DNA of 63,940 bases, counting the filler, from an uncultured bacterium (GTDB lineage Bacteria > CAYJRR01): the NCBI GenBank assembly GCA_964372275.1. It is 6 parts of 6 records of this genome, joined end to end, with 100 filler letters (N's around TTAATTAATTAA, not from the genome) between each part and the next. Parts side by side here need not be neighbours in the genome. Positions count along the whole stretch, not along the records: positions 1 to 12,119 come from CAYJRR010000134.1; positions 12,220 to 24,148 come from CAYJRR010000135.1; 4 more parts are not named here. One strand, given 5' to 3'. The position numbers and the translations under genes were made by a program. This document shows positions 8,994-19,395 of the stretch, one piece after another (the stretch's first letter is position 1; the number at the start of each line of letters is the position of its first letter). Below the pieces are notes generated by a model. The model saw only the letters and a list, made by a program, of their open reading frames with translations. It was not told the origin of the DNA and made no database searches.

Positions 8994-10610
8994 CTATCCC
9001 GCGGCCCCGCGCGCGGCGCGGTCGGCGAACCGCGACGGTCCCCTCGACGTCCGGCGCGCGACGACGTCGATCTCCTCCCGCCAGCGGTCGAGGAAAGCGC
9101 GCGCGGCGGCGGGCTGGGCGAGCCGCCCGGTACCGGCGACCGTCGCCGTCGCGCCGTGCGCGTGGTGCATCAGCGTCAGGACGACGCCGCCACGCGGGTC
9201 GTGTCGACTCGGGTACAGACCGGGGGAGGAGACGGCGTAGAGCGGAGGCGGCGGCGCATCGCCTCCCGGAAACCGGACGACGGAGAGCGACCCGCGCCCG
9301 CGGAGAACCTCGACCATCGGCAACAGACGGTTGGGCGTCGTGCCGGCGGTCCAGACGCGTCGCCGAAGACCGTGCGGAAACGGCCCCCGCACGACCGCCG
9401 ATCCGAGACGGGACAAGACCCCGTGACCCGCGGCGTCCCGCGCGATGCGCGCGCGCAGTCCCGCGCGGAACTCGTCGAGCGAGACCGTCTCCCCGTCGCG
9501 CATCGGGATCGACAGAAGTCCGAAGACGACGCGACGCCGGCGGCGCACGTCGTCGCCGCCGCCGCCGGGCGCGATCGGCACCTGGAAGGTCGGCGTGTGC
9601 CGCGCCCGGCGGCGATCCGGTCCCTCGCGAAACGTCCGATCGAGGACGCGTCCGAACGCCCAGGCGGCGGTCGGGAAGTCGGGCGCGGGCGCGGCGATCC
9701 GCTCGCCCGCGAAGCCGATACGATCGGGCGACCCGGTGCCGGTCGGCGTCGACCCGACGCCGAAGGGGATCACCGTCCCGCCGAGACCGTCCCGCGCGGC
9801 GGCCGCGAGCGCGGCGAGCGAAGGGTGGGCCGGGCGATCGAGCGCGCGGAAGATCGACGCGGCGATGCGCGCGTGCCCATAGCCGTCGACCGCCAGGTGA
9901 CAGGTGGTCACTAGGTCGATCGGGCCCGAATCGGTCGACGCCCCTCCCACTCCCAGCCAGGGACCGCCACCGGCCGACCACGCGCCGCGGTGGAGATGAC
10001 GCGCCACGGCGATCGGTTCGGACGCGATCCGGACCGCGATCGCCGCGGGGACCGCCGCCCGGTCGTCGGCGTCGACACGATGGAGTTCCGCCGGCGACCC
10101 GCCGGCGCAGACGCGTCCCAGCGACCGCGCGAGCCTCACCTCGGCTCCGTCGTCGAGTCGCGCCAGGTAGGCACCGGAGGCGGTGAGGAAGACCGCGTTC
10201 GGCGGCCCGGACGGCAGCGGCCGGCGCACCAGCCAACCGTTCCGGCGCTCGATCGCCTGTCGTACCGGCTGCCCGGGAAGCTCGCCGTCGATCCGCGCAA
10301 GCGCCGAGGCCGCGGCATAGGCCCTCGCGACCGCCCGGGCGATCGCCCCTTCCACGGTCGGATCGACGGCCGCGCCATCGCGCGCCATGAACGTGTCCGA
10401 CCGCTCATCGCCGTCGACGGACAGGTAGGCGGCATGGAGCTCCCCCGCCTCCTCGGCGGCGGGATCGGCGCCCCCTCTCCGGCGTCCGAGCGCCTCCAGC
10501 GCGGCGACCGACAGCAGGAAGGCCCACCAGGCCGGATGCCGCCAGTCGACGTCGGCGACCTCGTCGAGACGCTCCCGCAACCCCCGAAGGCTCGACTCCC
10601 GATCGATCAT
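8994..10610 (-). CDS. Hypothetical protein with HxxxDG motif, putative CoA-dependent acyltransferase fold
   Basis: ATG at 10610 overlaps the upstream stop (ATGA); LVTTCHLAVDGYG motif. Confidence 0.55.
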   Translation of the reverse strand: MIDRESSLRGLRERLDEVADVDWRHPAWWAFLLSVAALEALGRRRGGADPAAEEAGELHAAYLSVDGDERSDTFMARDGAAVDPTVEGAIARAVARAYAAASALARIDGELPGQPVRQAIERRNGWLVRRPLPSGPPNAVFLTASGAYLARLDDGAEVRLARSLGRVCAGGSPAELHRVDADDRAAVPAAIAVRIASEPIAVARHLHRGAWSAGGGPWLGVGGASTDSGPIDLVTTCHLAVDGYGHARIAASIFRALDRPAHPSLAALAAAARDGLGGTVIPFGVGSTPTGTGSPDRIGFAGERIAAPAPDFPTAAWAFGRVLDRTFREGPDRRRARHTPTFQVPIAPGGGGDDVRRRRRVVFGLLSIPMRDGETVSLDEFRAGLRARIARDAAGHGVLSRLGSAVVRGPFPHGLRRRVWTAGTTPNRLLPMVEVLRGRGSLSVVRFPGGDAPPPPLYAVSSPGLYPSRHDPRGGVVLTLMHHAHGATATVAGTGRLAQPAAARAFLDRWREEIDVVARRTSRGPSRFADRAARGAAG

Positions 10611-11221
10611 GACAGTCGAAGCAGGAAGAACGGCTGCTCCGGATCGGGGACGACGGCCCCGGGGCGCCATCCGGCCGCGCGCGCCTCCTCGCGGAAGTGC
10701 GCCGGGGGCGGGCAGACGGCAAGGACGGCGAGGCGGACGGCGGCGCGCACGCGCCAGGAGCGGATCGCCCGCAGATGCCGCCGCACGCGTTCGGCCCCCG
10801 CTCCGCGGTCGACTTCGACGATCCACACCGCCCCCCCGGGGCGCACCACGCGCCGCAGCTCGCGCAGCGCCGCTCGGCGATCGGCGACGTGCCGCAACGA
10901 ACTGACGCAGACCGCGACGTCGGCGCTCGCATCGCGAAGCGGAATCGCCTCCGCCCTCGCGCGCACGCCGGCGGCGCCGCCGAAGACTCCGCTCGGCTCC
11001 AGACAGACCGCCGTCAGACCCGGATGGGCGCGCGCGGCGGCGGCGGCGAGCTCGCCGCGGCCGGCGCCGACGTCGAGCAGAACGCGCGCGCCGGCGAGGT
11101 CGCCGGCCATCGCCGCCACCACACGGTCGTCGAGCCCCGCGAACGCCGGCCGCGCCTCGTTCGCGTAGCGGACCGCCGCCGCCCCCTCGAACGGTCGGCG
11201 CAACACCCATCGATCGAGCAC
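10607..11221 (-). CDS. Class I SAM-dependent methyltransferase
   Basis: VLLDVGAGRG, AEAIPLRDASADV, SLRHV, ALRELRRVVRPGG. Confidence 0.9.
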   Translation of the reverse strand: MLDRWVLRRPFEGAAAVRYANEARPAFAGLDDRVVAAMAGDLAGARVLLDVGAGRGELAAAAARAHPGLTAVCLEPSGVFGGAAGVRARAEAIPLRDASADVAVCVSSLRHVADRRAALRELRRVVRPGGAVWIVEVDRGAGAERVRRHLRAIRSWRVRAAVRLAVLAVCPPPAHFREEARAAGWRPGAVVPDPEQPFFLLRLS

Positions 11222-11226
11222 GGTCC

Positions 11227-12119
11227 CTACGCCTCGCGCATCTCGCGGTCCGGCGGGGCCCCGCCGCGGTTCTTCCGCTGGTCGAGGTTGTACTTCGCCA
11301 CCTTGCGGATCAGGTTTCGACGGCTGATGCCGAGCGTCTCGGCCGCCTTGGTCTTGTTCCAGCGGGTCTTCTTCAGCTCATCGTAGATCATCCGGCGCTC
11401 GAGGCTCTCCACTGCGTCGGGGAGGCAGCCGTTCACCTTCTTCCCGATCAGGTCTTCGCGCTCGATCTCGGTCTTGATCCGCTGGCTGAGGAGATCCTCG
11501 TTGATCGCCGGGTCCTCCCCCGCCAGGACGACCAGGCGTTCGATCTCGTTCTCCAGCTCGCGGACGTTTCCGGGCCAGTCGTAGTCCATCATCCGCTCGA
11601 GCGCCTTCTTGGCGAGCTGCTTGCCCGGCACCTTCTTGCGCTCGGCGTGGCGCTTGAGGAACGCCTCCGCCAGCACCGGGATGTCCTCGCGGCGCTCGCG
11701 CAGCGCCGGCAGGTAGACGTTGATGACGTTGATCCGGTAGTAGAGGTCCTCGCGGAACTCCCCCTTGGCGACCATCTTCTTCAGGTCGCGATTGGTGGCG
11801 GCGATGATCCGCACGTCGACCTTCTTCGGCTTGGTGCCGCCGACCGGGAGGAAGGTCCCCTCCTGGAGCACGCGCAGGAGCTTCACCTGCAGCGTGGGGC
11901 TCATCTCGCCGATCTCATCGAGGAAGAGCGTCCCGCCGTCGGCGACTTCGAACAGCCCCTTCTTGTCGGTTACCGCACCGGTGAACGACCCCTTCACATG
12001 GCCGAACAGCTCCGAGTCGAGAAGGTTGTCGTTGAACGCGGAGCAGTTCTGGACGACGAAAATCCGGTCCTTGCGCGGTCCGTTGTAGTGGATCGCCTTG
12101 GCGACCAGCTCCTTGCCGG
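11227..12119 (-). CDS. Sigma-54-dependent transcriptional activator (AAA+ and Fis HTH); N-terminus lost at contig end
   Basis: [62 protein letters not shown]-terminal HTH. Confidence 0.95.
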
Positions 12120-12219
12120 NNNNNNNNNNNNNNNNNNNNNNNNNNNNNNNNNNNNNNNNNNNNTTAATTAATTAANNNNNNNNNNNNNNNNNNNNNNNNN
12201 NNNNNNNNNNNNNNNNNNN
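12120..12219. other. Artificial contig linker
   Basis: N-run + TTAATTAATTAA (12164-12175; stops in all six frames) + N-run. Confidence 0.97.
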
Positions 12220-13371
12220 GTGGAAGCGCCCGTAGCCGGCGAACAGCTCGTCGCCGCCATCGCCGGTGAGCGCGACCGTCACGTGCTCGCGCGTCATGCG
12301 CGAGACGACGTAGGTGGGGATCGCCGAGGCGTCGCCGAACGGCTCGTCGTAGTGGAACGCGAGCTTCTCCACCAGGTCGAAGCTCTCCGGCTTCACGCGG
12401 AACTCGGTGTGCTCCGTCCCGAAGCGCCGCGCGGCGATCCTTGCGTAACGGGTCTCGTCGTAGTCGGGAGCCCCTTCGAAGCCGATGCTGAAGGTCCGGA
12501 TCGGCGCCGTCGAGAGCCGGCTCATCACCCCGACCACCAGCGTCGAATCGATCCCGCCGGAGAGGAAGGCGCCGATCGGCACGTCGGCGACCATCCTTCG
12601 CCTTACCGCCTCGGTGAACAGGTCGCGCACGCGCGCCTCGACCTCGGCAGTGGAGGCGGCCGTTCCGTCGCTCGGCGCGGCGCCGCCGTCGGTGGCGACC
12701 GGAAAGTCCCAATAGGCGCGCGGCGGAGTCGTAGGTCGATCCACGTCGAACCGTTGCCACGTCGCCGGCGGAAGCTTCCGGATGCGGGCGTACATCGTCC
12801 GCGGGGTCGGCACGTAGCCGTAGGTCAGGTAGAGCGGGACGCTGCCCACGAAGTGGGAGCGGTCGATCTCCGGGTGGGCGAGGATCGCCTTGATCTCCGA
12901 TCCGAAGACGACCTTGCGCGCGTCCTCGTAGACGTAGAGCGGCTTCTTGCCGGTGCGATCGCGCGCCAGCAGCAGGCGGCGGCGGCGCGCGTCGACGATC
13001 GCCAACGCGAACATCCCGTCGAGGCGGGCGATCGCCTCCTCGCCATGCTCCAGGTAGAGGCGCAGCGCGACCTCGGTATCGCCGGTCGACCGGAAGCGGT
13101 GCCCCGTCGCCTCCAGTTCGCGCCGCAACTCGCGGAAGTTGTAGATCTCGCCGTTGAAGACGATCCACGCCCCGTCGCGTTCCATCGGCTGCGCGCCGGC
13201 CTCGCTCAGGTCGAGGATCGACAGGCGCCGGAAGGCGAGCCCCGCGCCGTCGAGCGCGACCACCCCCTCGTGGTCCGGCCCGCGGTGAACGATCTGCGCG
13301 GCCATCCCCCGGAGGACGGTCTCGTCGGCTCGCGCCCCGTCGCGATGGAAGACGCCGGCAATTCCGCACAT
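12220..13371 (-). CDS. asnB: Asparagine synthase (glutamine-hydrolysing)-like amidotransferase, C-terminus truncated
   Basis: MCGIAG N-terminus, HRGPD, RRLSILDL, FNGEIYNF, FLSGGIDS, LTGDGGDELFAGY. Confidence 0.93.
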
Positions 13372-13476
13372 CGCCGGTCACCTTACGACCCACGACCTTC
13401 GCCCGCAACCGGCCGACCGAGGGTTGCGCAACGTTTGCCTTCCGATGCGCCCCGGACCGCATCTAGGATGCGGCCC

Positions 13477-15180
13477 ATGTACGCACCTTCGTGCTCCCCC
13501 GGGGGCCTCCCCGGCCCCCAGCGAACCACCCTCTTGCGCGCTCTCAGCCTCGTTCTCCTGGCGTTCCTCCTTTCCGGCTGCGCCGGCCGCTACCTCAAAC
13601 GCGGCGACGCGCTCGCCCGCAAGGGTCAATGGGAGGAGGCGTTACAGGAGTATCGGCACGCCGCCGAGATCCGGAAGTCGAATCTGATCCTCGACCGCGT
13701 GGCAAAGGCCGAGCGCGAGGTCGCCGCCGGCTACGTGCGGCGCGGCAACGAGGCGTTCGCCGCCGGCCGGGTCGCCGACGCCGCCGACCTCTGGCGCTCC
13801 GGTTTCGAAATGCAAAAAGGAAAGAGCCCGCGGCGCGATTCGGGCCGCGAGGCGATCCTCGCGAACGCGCCGGCGCTCGAGGCGCACGCCGAGAAGGCGA
13901 CGCAGGAGAAACGCTGGGAGGAGGCGTTCCGCTGCTACGCGGCGCTGATCCCGGTCCTCCCGGCGCGCGCCGACCTGTCGGAGAAGAACGACGAGGCGCA
14001 CCGCGCCCTGGCGCGCGATCTGGTCGCCAACGCCGACGCGTTGTCGCGGCGGGGCCTGGTCGGCGCGGCGCTGGTGGCCGAGCTGCGAGCGCTGCGGCAC
14101 GACCCGCTCCATCCGACCGCCTTCGAGCAGGCGGAGCGCTACCGTCGCACGCTCGCGATGCGGCACCAGGTCTCGATCGAGGCGGTGACGATCGACGACC
14201 GCGGCTGGTGGGGGCTGGGAAACCTCCTCCTTCCGCGCCTGTCGAAGCTCCTCGGCAGCTACCCGCCGTACGGTCCGACCAAGAATCCGCTCGCCGTCCC
14301 CGGGATCTTCCTGGTGACGGTCGAGGAGTTCGGCTGGTGGGACGAAAACCTCTACGGCGTGGAGAAGAGGAAACTCCCGAAGAAGGAGGCGGCCTCGGCG
14401 GAGCGCGTGCCGAACCCGGAGCGCGCCGCGCAGGCCAAGGTGGTCGCCGAGCTGGAGCGAGAGGTCGCGGCGATGGAGGCCGCGATCGCCGCGGCGACGC
14501 CGGCGGAGGAGACGAAGGACGCCAAGAAGGGGAAGAAGGGCGACACCGCGAAGGCCCCCGTCGCCGACGCGAAGAAGGGGGACAAGAAGGCGAAGGGGGC
14601 CGCCGCCGAGCCGGAGCGGCGGGTGCTCGCCGCCCGGACCCCGACGCTCGAGCAGCTGCAACGCAAGAAGGCGGAGCTGGAGAAGGCGCGCGCCTCGCTC
14701 GCGGCGATGCCGGAGACGCTCGAGGCCAAGGCGGCGCCGGAGCATTGGTACCTGCCCTGGATCGAAACGACGCGAACCGTCGAAGCGCGCGTCCGGTTCG
14801 AGGTGCGCGAGCCCGACTTCCCCGAACCGGTGGTGAAGGTGCTGACTCTTCGGGTCGAGGCCAAGGACCGCGGCCATGCCGCCTACGACGCGCACGCCGT
14901 GAAGGCCGATCCGATGGAGGTTCCGCACGTGGAGGCGCTCACCGAGCAGCTCGCCGAGAAGCTGACCGGCGGCGTGGAAGTGATCGCCGACGCGCGCGCC
15001 CGGCGCGCCCAGCGGCTCCTGGCCCGCGGACAGGTCGCCCCGTCGATCGACGAAGCGCTCGACGCCTACGTCGAGGCGCTGTTCGTGGCCGGCCCGAAAG
15101 GCCTTACGCGCGAGGCGAGCTCGCTGGTCGTCTCACACCTCGAGAGCCCCAAGCTCGACGAGGTGGTCGTCAGCCGGTGA
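13477..15180 (+). CDS. TPR-like lipoprotein with a Lys-rich coiled-coil insert
   Basis: Lipobox LLSGC; helical repeats (RGDALARKGQWEEALQEYRHA); start uncertain (13468 or 13477). Confidence 0.7.
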   Translation: MYAPSCSPGGLPGPQRTTLLRALSLVLLAFLLSGCAGRYLKRGDALARKGQWEEALQEYRHAAEIRKSNLILDRVAKAEREVAAGYVRRGNEAFAAGRVADAADLWRSGFEMQKGKSPRRDSGREAILANAPALEAHAEKATQEKRWEEAFRCYAALIPVLPARADLSEKNDEAHRALARDLVANADALSRRGLVGAALVAELRALRHDPLHPTAFEQAERYRRTLAMRHQVSIEAVTIDDRGWWGLGNLLLPRLSKLLGSYPPYGPTKNPLAVPGIFLVTVEEFGWWDENLYGVEKRKLPKKEAASAERVPNPERAAQAKVVAELEREVAAMEAAIAAATPAEETKDAKKGKKGDTAKAPVADAKKGDKKAKGAAAEPERRVLAARTPTLEQLQRKKAELEKARASLAAMPETLEAKAAPEHWYLPWIETTRTVEARVRFEVREPDFPEPVVKVLTLRVEAKDRGHAAYDAHAVKADPMEVPHVEALTEQLAEKLTGGVEVIADARARRAQRLLARGQVAPSIDEALDAYVEALFVAGPKGLTREASSLVVSHLESPKLDEVVVSR

Positions 15181-15211
15181 CCGCCGACCGGCGCGGCGAA
15201 CGATTCGGACG

Positions 15212-15844
15212 TCAGCGGCGAAGGAGGCGAGACCAGAGCGATGGTCGCCGCCAGTGGCCGGCGGGTCGGTCGGGATCGATCTGGTAGAACCGGCACACCC
15301 TCCGCATCGGTCGAAGCGAGGACGGGTGCAGGAGGTCGAGCACCGGCGTGGGGTCGCCCGCGGCCATGGCGCGCTCGTAGCGGGCGATGTCGGCCTCCGA
15401 GAGCTCGTCGTAGAGCATTTCCGGCCAGCGCGTGTCGTCGGCGGTCGACGACTTTTCGTCGAAGAAGTAGGCGCGCTCCCACGGCTGCACCGCCCCCACG
15501 ACCTCCTTCCATCCGCCCGCATCGCGGTTGTAGGCGAGTCCGCGGACCAGCGTCCCCTCGCGAAAGACCCGCGCCTCGTGGACGTCGGCCGTCGTCTGCG
15601 CGGCAAAGCCGAGCGCCGTCGTCGCCAGATCGCGCGACAGCGACTCCGCCAGACGGAACGAGACCCCGTAGGCGTGGCCACAATCGAGGAGGACGACCGG
15701 GGAGGCGCCCGAGCCGCCGTCACGGTCGATCGCCGCGCCCGGACGCTTCGCGAGGTCCGCGGCCTCCACGTCGTGCCGCTTCGCGATCTCCCAGAAGTCG
15801 GCCCGCCCGCGCGTCTCGACCAGCACGGCGACCCAGGACGACAT
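15212..15844 (-). CDS. Hypothetical protein (210 aa)
   Basis: ATG at 15844, 5 nt after the upstream stop; MSSWVAVLVETRG...; globular composition. Confidence 0.7.
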   Translation of the reverse strand: MSSWVAVLVETRGRADFWEIAKRHDVEAADLAKRPGAAIDRDGGSGASPVVLLDCGHAYGVSFRLAESLSRDLATTALGFAAQTTADVHEARVFREGTLVRGLAYNRDAGGWKEVVGAVQPWERAYFFDEKSSTADDTRWPEMLYDELSEADIARYERAMAAGDPTPVLDLLHPSSLRPMRRVCRFYQIDPDRPAGHWRRPSLWSRLLRR

Positions 15845-15849
15845 CGACG

Positions 15850-16575
15850 CTACAGGAGGGCGCTCGCCTCGACGTCGATCTCGAGCGTCGGTCCGAACGA
15901 GTTCAGGTCGAAACGGTTCTCGCAGGCGAGCGCGTCGCTCGCGGCGCGGAAGAAGCGATCCTGCTTCAGCGCCTCCTTGAGGCAGTCCGAGGGATCGCGC
16001 AGCTCCCCGACCGCGAGCCGGTCGGACGGGTCGTAGAGCAGCAGCGAGTTGTCGAGGTAGAGCAGGAACGACTCGAACGCCTCGCGGCTCTTGGTCTGGT
16101 TCCAGACCGCCGGCGGCATCTGCGGCGAGGCGCCGACGTCGAACGCCGTACCCGCCAGCTTGCGCACCTGGTCGAGGACGCGTCCCAACTCCCCGCGCGT
16201 CCCGGTGAACCGCTGCACTGCCGACACCTGCGATTTGTGCGAATCGACCCATTGAATCTGCACGTCGACGCCGTCGGGCGTGACGCGGCAGAACCCCTGC
16301 ACCACCCACCGCGTCCCCAGCGCCTCGCCGAGCGCCACCAACGGTCCCGGCTCGGCCGGCGTCTGCGGCAGCACGAACCCCTTCGCGTGCTGCTTGCGCG
16401 CCGTGAACATCGCCGGCGCGGCCACGTGCGGCTCGGCGCGGCAGAGGTCGTGACAGAGCATCCGCGCCAGCCCCCGCGCGTAGAGATCCTGGTTCTCGTG
16501 CGACCGCAGCGACGCGAAGGTCAACCACACCACCCGCGGCGGCTTCGGAGGCGCGGTCGGAATCGACGGAGGCAT
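15850..16575 (-). CDS. Hypothetical protein with TolB-N/CsgG-like alpha/beta domain
   Basis: RVVWLTF..ARGLARML..LGEALGTRWVVQGFCRV..VDVQIQWVD..TKSREAFESFL pattern. Confidence 0.6.
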   Translation of the reverse strand: MPPSIPTAPPKPPRVVWLTFASLRSHENQDLYARGLARMLCHDLCRAEPHVAAPAMFTARKQHAKGFVLPQTPAEPGPLVALGEALGTRWVVQGFCRVTPDGVDVQIQWVDSHKSQVSAVQRFTGTRGELGRVLDQVRKLAGTAFDVGASPQMPPAVWNQTKSREAFESFLLYLDNSLLLYDPSDRLAVGELRDPSDCLKEALKQDRFFRAASDALACENRFDLNSFGPTLEIDVEASALL

Positions 16576-16710
16576 CGTTTTCGCTCTTCGGGCTCGTCGG
16601 GGACTCCCCGAACCCCTGCGCCATTCCAACGCGCCGGTCGCCCGAGCGTCAAGGCGACGGCGGCTGGCTTGGAGGAGGCCCAGACTCGCGAGATGCTAGG
16701 ATCCGCCACG

Positions 16711-17262
16711 ATGAAGGTGATCCCCACCGACTTCCCGGGCCTGTTCGTCCTGGAGCCCGTGGTGCACGAGGACGCGCGCGGGTTCTTCTTCGAGTTCTAT
16801 CAACGGCGCCGCTTCGAGGAGGCGGGGCTCACCGCCGACTTCGTCCAGGACAACCATTCGCGCTCGTCGCGCGGCACCGTCCGCGGACTCCACTACCAGG
16901 AGCCGCACGCGCAGGTGAAGCTGGCGCGCGTGATTCACGGCGAGGCGTTCGACGCCGTGGTCGACATCCGGCGCGGGTCGCCGACCTTCGGCAAGGCGTT
17001 CTGGACGACGCTCTCCGCCGCCAACCGCCGCATGCTCTGGATTCCCACCGGCTTCGCGCATGGCTTCTGCGCCTTGAGCGAGGCGGTAGAGTTCCTCTAC
17101 AAGTGCAGCGACTACTACGTTCGCGAGGACGAGCACGGGATCCTGTGGAACGACCCGCAGCTCGCCATCCCCTGGCCGGTCGACCGCCCGCTCCTCTCCG
17201 CCAAGGACGCCGCCCACCCCCGCCTCGCCGACGCGCGCGTGCTGGCGACCTGGAAGGGCTGA
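16711..17262 (+). CDS. rfbC: dTDP-4-dehydrorhamnose 3,5-epimerase
   Basis: DARGFFFE, FVQDNHSRS, TVRGLHYQ, VDIRRGSPTFG, GFAHGF, YKCSDYY, WNDP. Confidence 0.96.
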   Translation: MKVIPTDFPGLFVLEPVVHEDARGFFFEFYQRRRFEEAGLTADFVQDNHSRSSRGTVRGLHYQEPHAQVKLARVIHGEAFDAVVDIRRGSPTFGKAFWTTLSAANRRMLWIPTGFAHGFCALSEAVEFLYKCSDYYVREDEHGILWNDPQLAIPWPVDRPLLSAKDAAHPRLADARVLATWKG

Positions 17263-17268
17263 CGCCCC

Positions 17269-18168
17269 GTGCCGCCCGACCCGAACGCGCTGCGCGCGCG
17301 AACCTGCCCGGCGTGCGAGGTGCGCGACGTCCGGGCGCTGGGGGCGAAGAACGACTACCCGCTCGCCGCCTGCCGCCGCTGCGGGACGATCTTCGTGCCG
17401 ATGGAGCCGCCGGCGGAGGCGCTCGACGCGCTGTATCGCGACTACTGCTACCGTCCGACGACGACGATCCCGCCGTGGATCCAGGACCAGCTTCGCCGCG
17501 TGGTGGCGAGCTTCGCCCCGCACCGCGGCGGCGGGCGGCTGCTCGAGGTCGGATGCGGCGCCGGCGGTCTCCTCGCCGCCGCGCGCGAAGCGGGGTGGGA
17601 GGCGCGAGGCGTCGAGCGGTCGGAGGCCGCCGTCTCGCTCGCCCGTTCGTCCGGTCTCGACGTCGACGCCGCTGACTTCCTCGCCTACCAACCGCCGGTC
17701 CCGTTCGACGTGGTGGTGATGATCGAGCTCCTCGAGCACGTCGTCCGCCCCGCCGCCTTCCTCCGCAAGGCGCGCGCCTGCCTCAAGCCCGGCGGCCTGC
17801 TCTACGTCACCACCCCGAACGGCGACGCCTTGAGCCGACATCTCCTCGGCCTCGACTGGACCCCGATCTGCCCGCCGGAGCACCTGCAGCTCTACACCGC
17901 CGCGGGGCTCGCCGGATCGATGCGGGGGGCCGGCTTCACGCGCGCGCGCGTCTGGAGCGGCGGCTTCAACGTCGCCGCCGCGCGCGATCGGTTCCTCCCG
18001 CGCCCCGTAGGCAGCCCCGCCGCCGACGCCGGCCAGCAGGCGTTCGACCTGAACCGCCGCCTCACCGCGTCGCCGCTCCGCCGCGCCGTGAAGGCGGCGT
18101 TGAACGTCCCCTTCCGCCTGTCGGGGCTCGGCGACGGCCTCAAGGCGACGGCGGTCGCCGGCGGTTAG
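17269..18168 (+). CDS. Class I SAM methyltransferase with N-terminal CxxC..CxxC
   Basis: CPAC...CRRCG; LLEVGCGAG; IELLEHV; LKPGGLLYVTTPN; PPEHL. Confidence 0.88.
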   Translation: MPPDPNALRARTCPACEVRDVRALGAKNDYPLAACRRCGTIFVPMEPPAEALDALYRDYCYRPTTTIPPWIQDQLRRVVASFAPHRGGGRLLEVGCGAGGLLAAAREAGWEARGVERSEAAVSLARSSGLDVDAADFLAYQPPVPFDVVVMIELLEHVVRPAAFLRKARACLKPGGLLYVTTPNGDALSRHLLGLDWTPICPPEHLQLYTAAGLAGSMRGAGFTRARVWSGGFNVAAARDRFLPRPVGSPAADAGQQAFDLNRRLTASPLRRAVKAALNVPFRLSGLGDGLKATAVAGG

Positions 18169-19364
18169 GCCGCGGTCGGCGCAACGGTGCCCGGCCCCGG
18201 CCAGCGTTCGCCGAACTTCGCCGCCCACGTCTCGGCGTAGATCCGCTCGAGCGCGCGGACCATCACGCCGTCGTCGAAGCGGCTGGCGATGAAGCGCCGC
18301 GCCGCCTCCCCCATGCGCCGCCGCGCGTCCGGGTCGTCCGCCAGGCGGTTCACGTGGCGGGCGAGGAGGTCGAGGTCGCCGGGCCGCACCAGGTAGCCGG
18401 TCTCCCCCTCCCGAACCGCCTCGGGGGTCCCGTCGAGGTCGTAGGCGACGACCGGGCGCTTCATCAGCCCCGCCTGCGGCACGACGCGCGGCAGCCCCTC
18501 GCGCAGCGACAGGTGGACGACGACGTCGGTCGCCTGGATCGCCACCGGGACCTCCTCCGGCCGCAGCAGCCCGGCGAAATGGACGCGGTCGAGGATCCCA
18601 AGCCTGCGCGCCCGCTCGGTGAGGTCGCCCCGGAACGGCCCGTCGCCGACGAGGAGCAGCCGAACCCGCCGGTCGAACCGGACCGCCGCGTCGAGCAGCT
18701 CGTCGTGCCCCTTGAGCTCCACCAGCCGGGCGATCTTCCCGACGACGACCGCCTCCGGCGGGATACCGAACCGAGCCCGCGCCGCCGCCGGATCGATCGA
18801 CGCCGCCCGGTCGAACGCGTCGAGCCGCATCCCGCTGTAGACGACGTGGTGCCGCTCCGGCCGCCCGATCCCCTTCGCCAACGCCCCGTTCATCGTCGCG
18901 GCGCAGACGCTGACGTAGGCGTCGGTGAGCGGGACCATCGCCCTCTTCGCCGCCACGTAGACGGCGTTGCGCGCCGCCGACTGGTAGGGGTGGAAGACGA
19001 GGCTGTGCAGCGTGTGGACGACGCAGGGCACCCCCGCCATTCGCGCCGCGATCCGCCCGAGGATCCCCGCCTTGCTGCTGTGGGTGTGGACCAGGTCGGG
19101 ACGCAGGCGCGCCAGCACGCGATGGAGCCCTGCCAACGCCGCCGCGTCGGCGCGCGCTGCGATGCGCCGAACCAGGTCCGGCACGACGACGACCTCCACC
19201 CCCGCCGCACGCACGTCGGCGACGAGCTCCCCTTCCGCCCCCGACTCCGGCCCCGTCACCAGCGTCACCTCGTGGCCGAGCCGCCGCTGCCCGATCGCCG
19301 AGAGCGCGGTGTTCTCCTGCGCCCCGCCGACGATCATCCGGGTGATGACGTGGGCGATTCTCAT
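18165..19364 (-). CDS. Glycosyltransferase family 4
   Basis: GGAQ, DLVHTHSSKAG, ARLVELKG, LVGDGP, SLREGLPRVVPQA. Confidence 0.93.
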   Translation of the reverse strand: MRIAHVITRMIVGGAQENTALSAIGQRRLGHEVTLVTGPESGAEGELVADVRAAGVEVVVVPDLVRRIAARADAAALAGLHRVLARLRPDLVHTHSSKAGILGRIAARMAGVPCVVHTLHSLVFHPYQSAARNAVYVAAKRAMVPLTDAYVSVCAATMNGALAKGIGRPERHHVVYSGMRLDAFDRAASIDPAAARARFGIPPEAVVVGKIARLVELKGHDELLDAAVRFDRRVRLLLVGDGPFRGDLTERARRLGILDRVHFAGLLRPEEVPVAIQATDVVVHLSLREGLPRVVPQAGLMKRPVVAYDLDGTPEAVREGETGYLVRPGDLDLLARHVNRLADDPDARRRMGEAARRFIASRFDDGVMVRALERIYAETWAAKFGERWPGPGTVAPTAA

Positions 19365-19395
19365 CTCGAGCTCCGCGCGCGGCGTCCCCCGCGAG

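Noticed and set aside
11974..11991. GSFTGA instead of GAFTGA in the sigma-54 activator
   Set aside because: A known, common variant that retains the key Phe and Thr.
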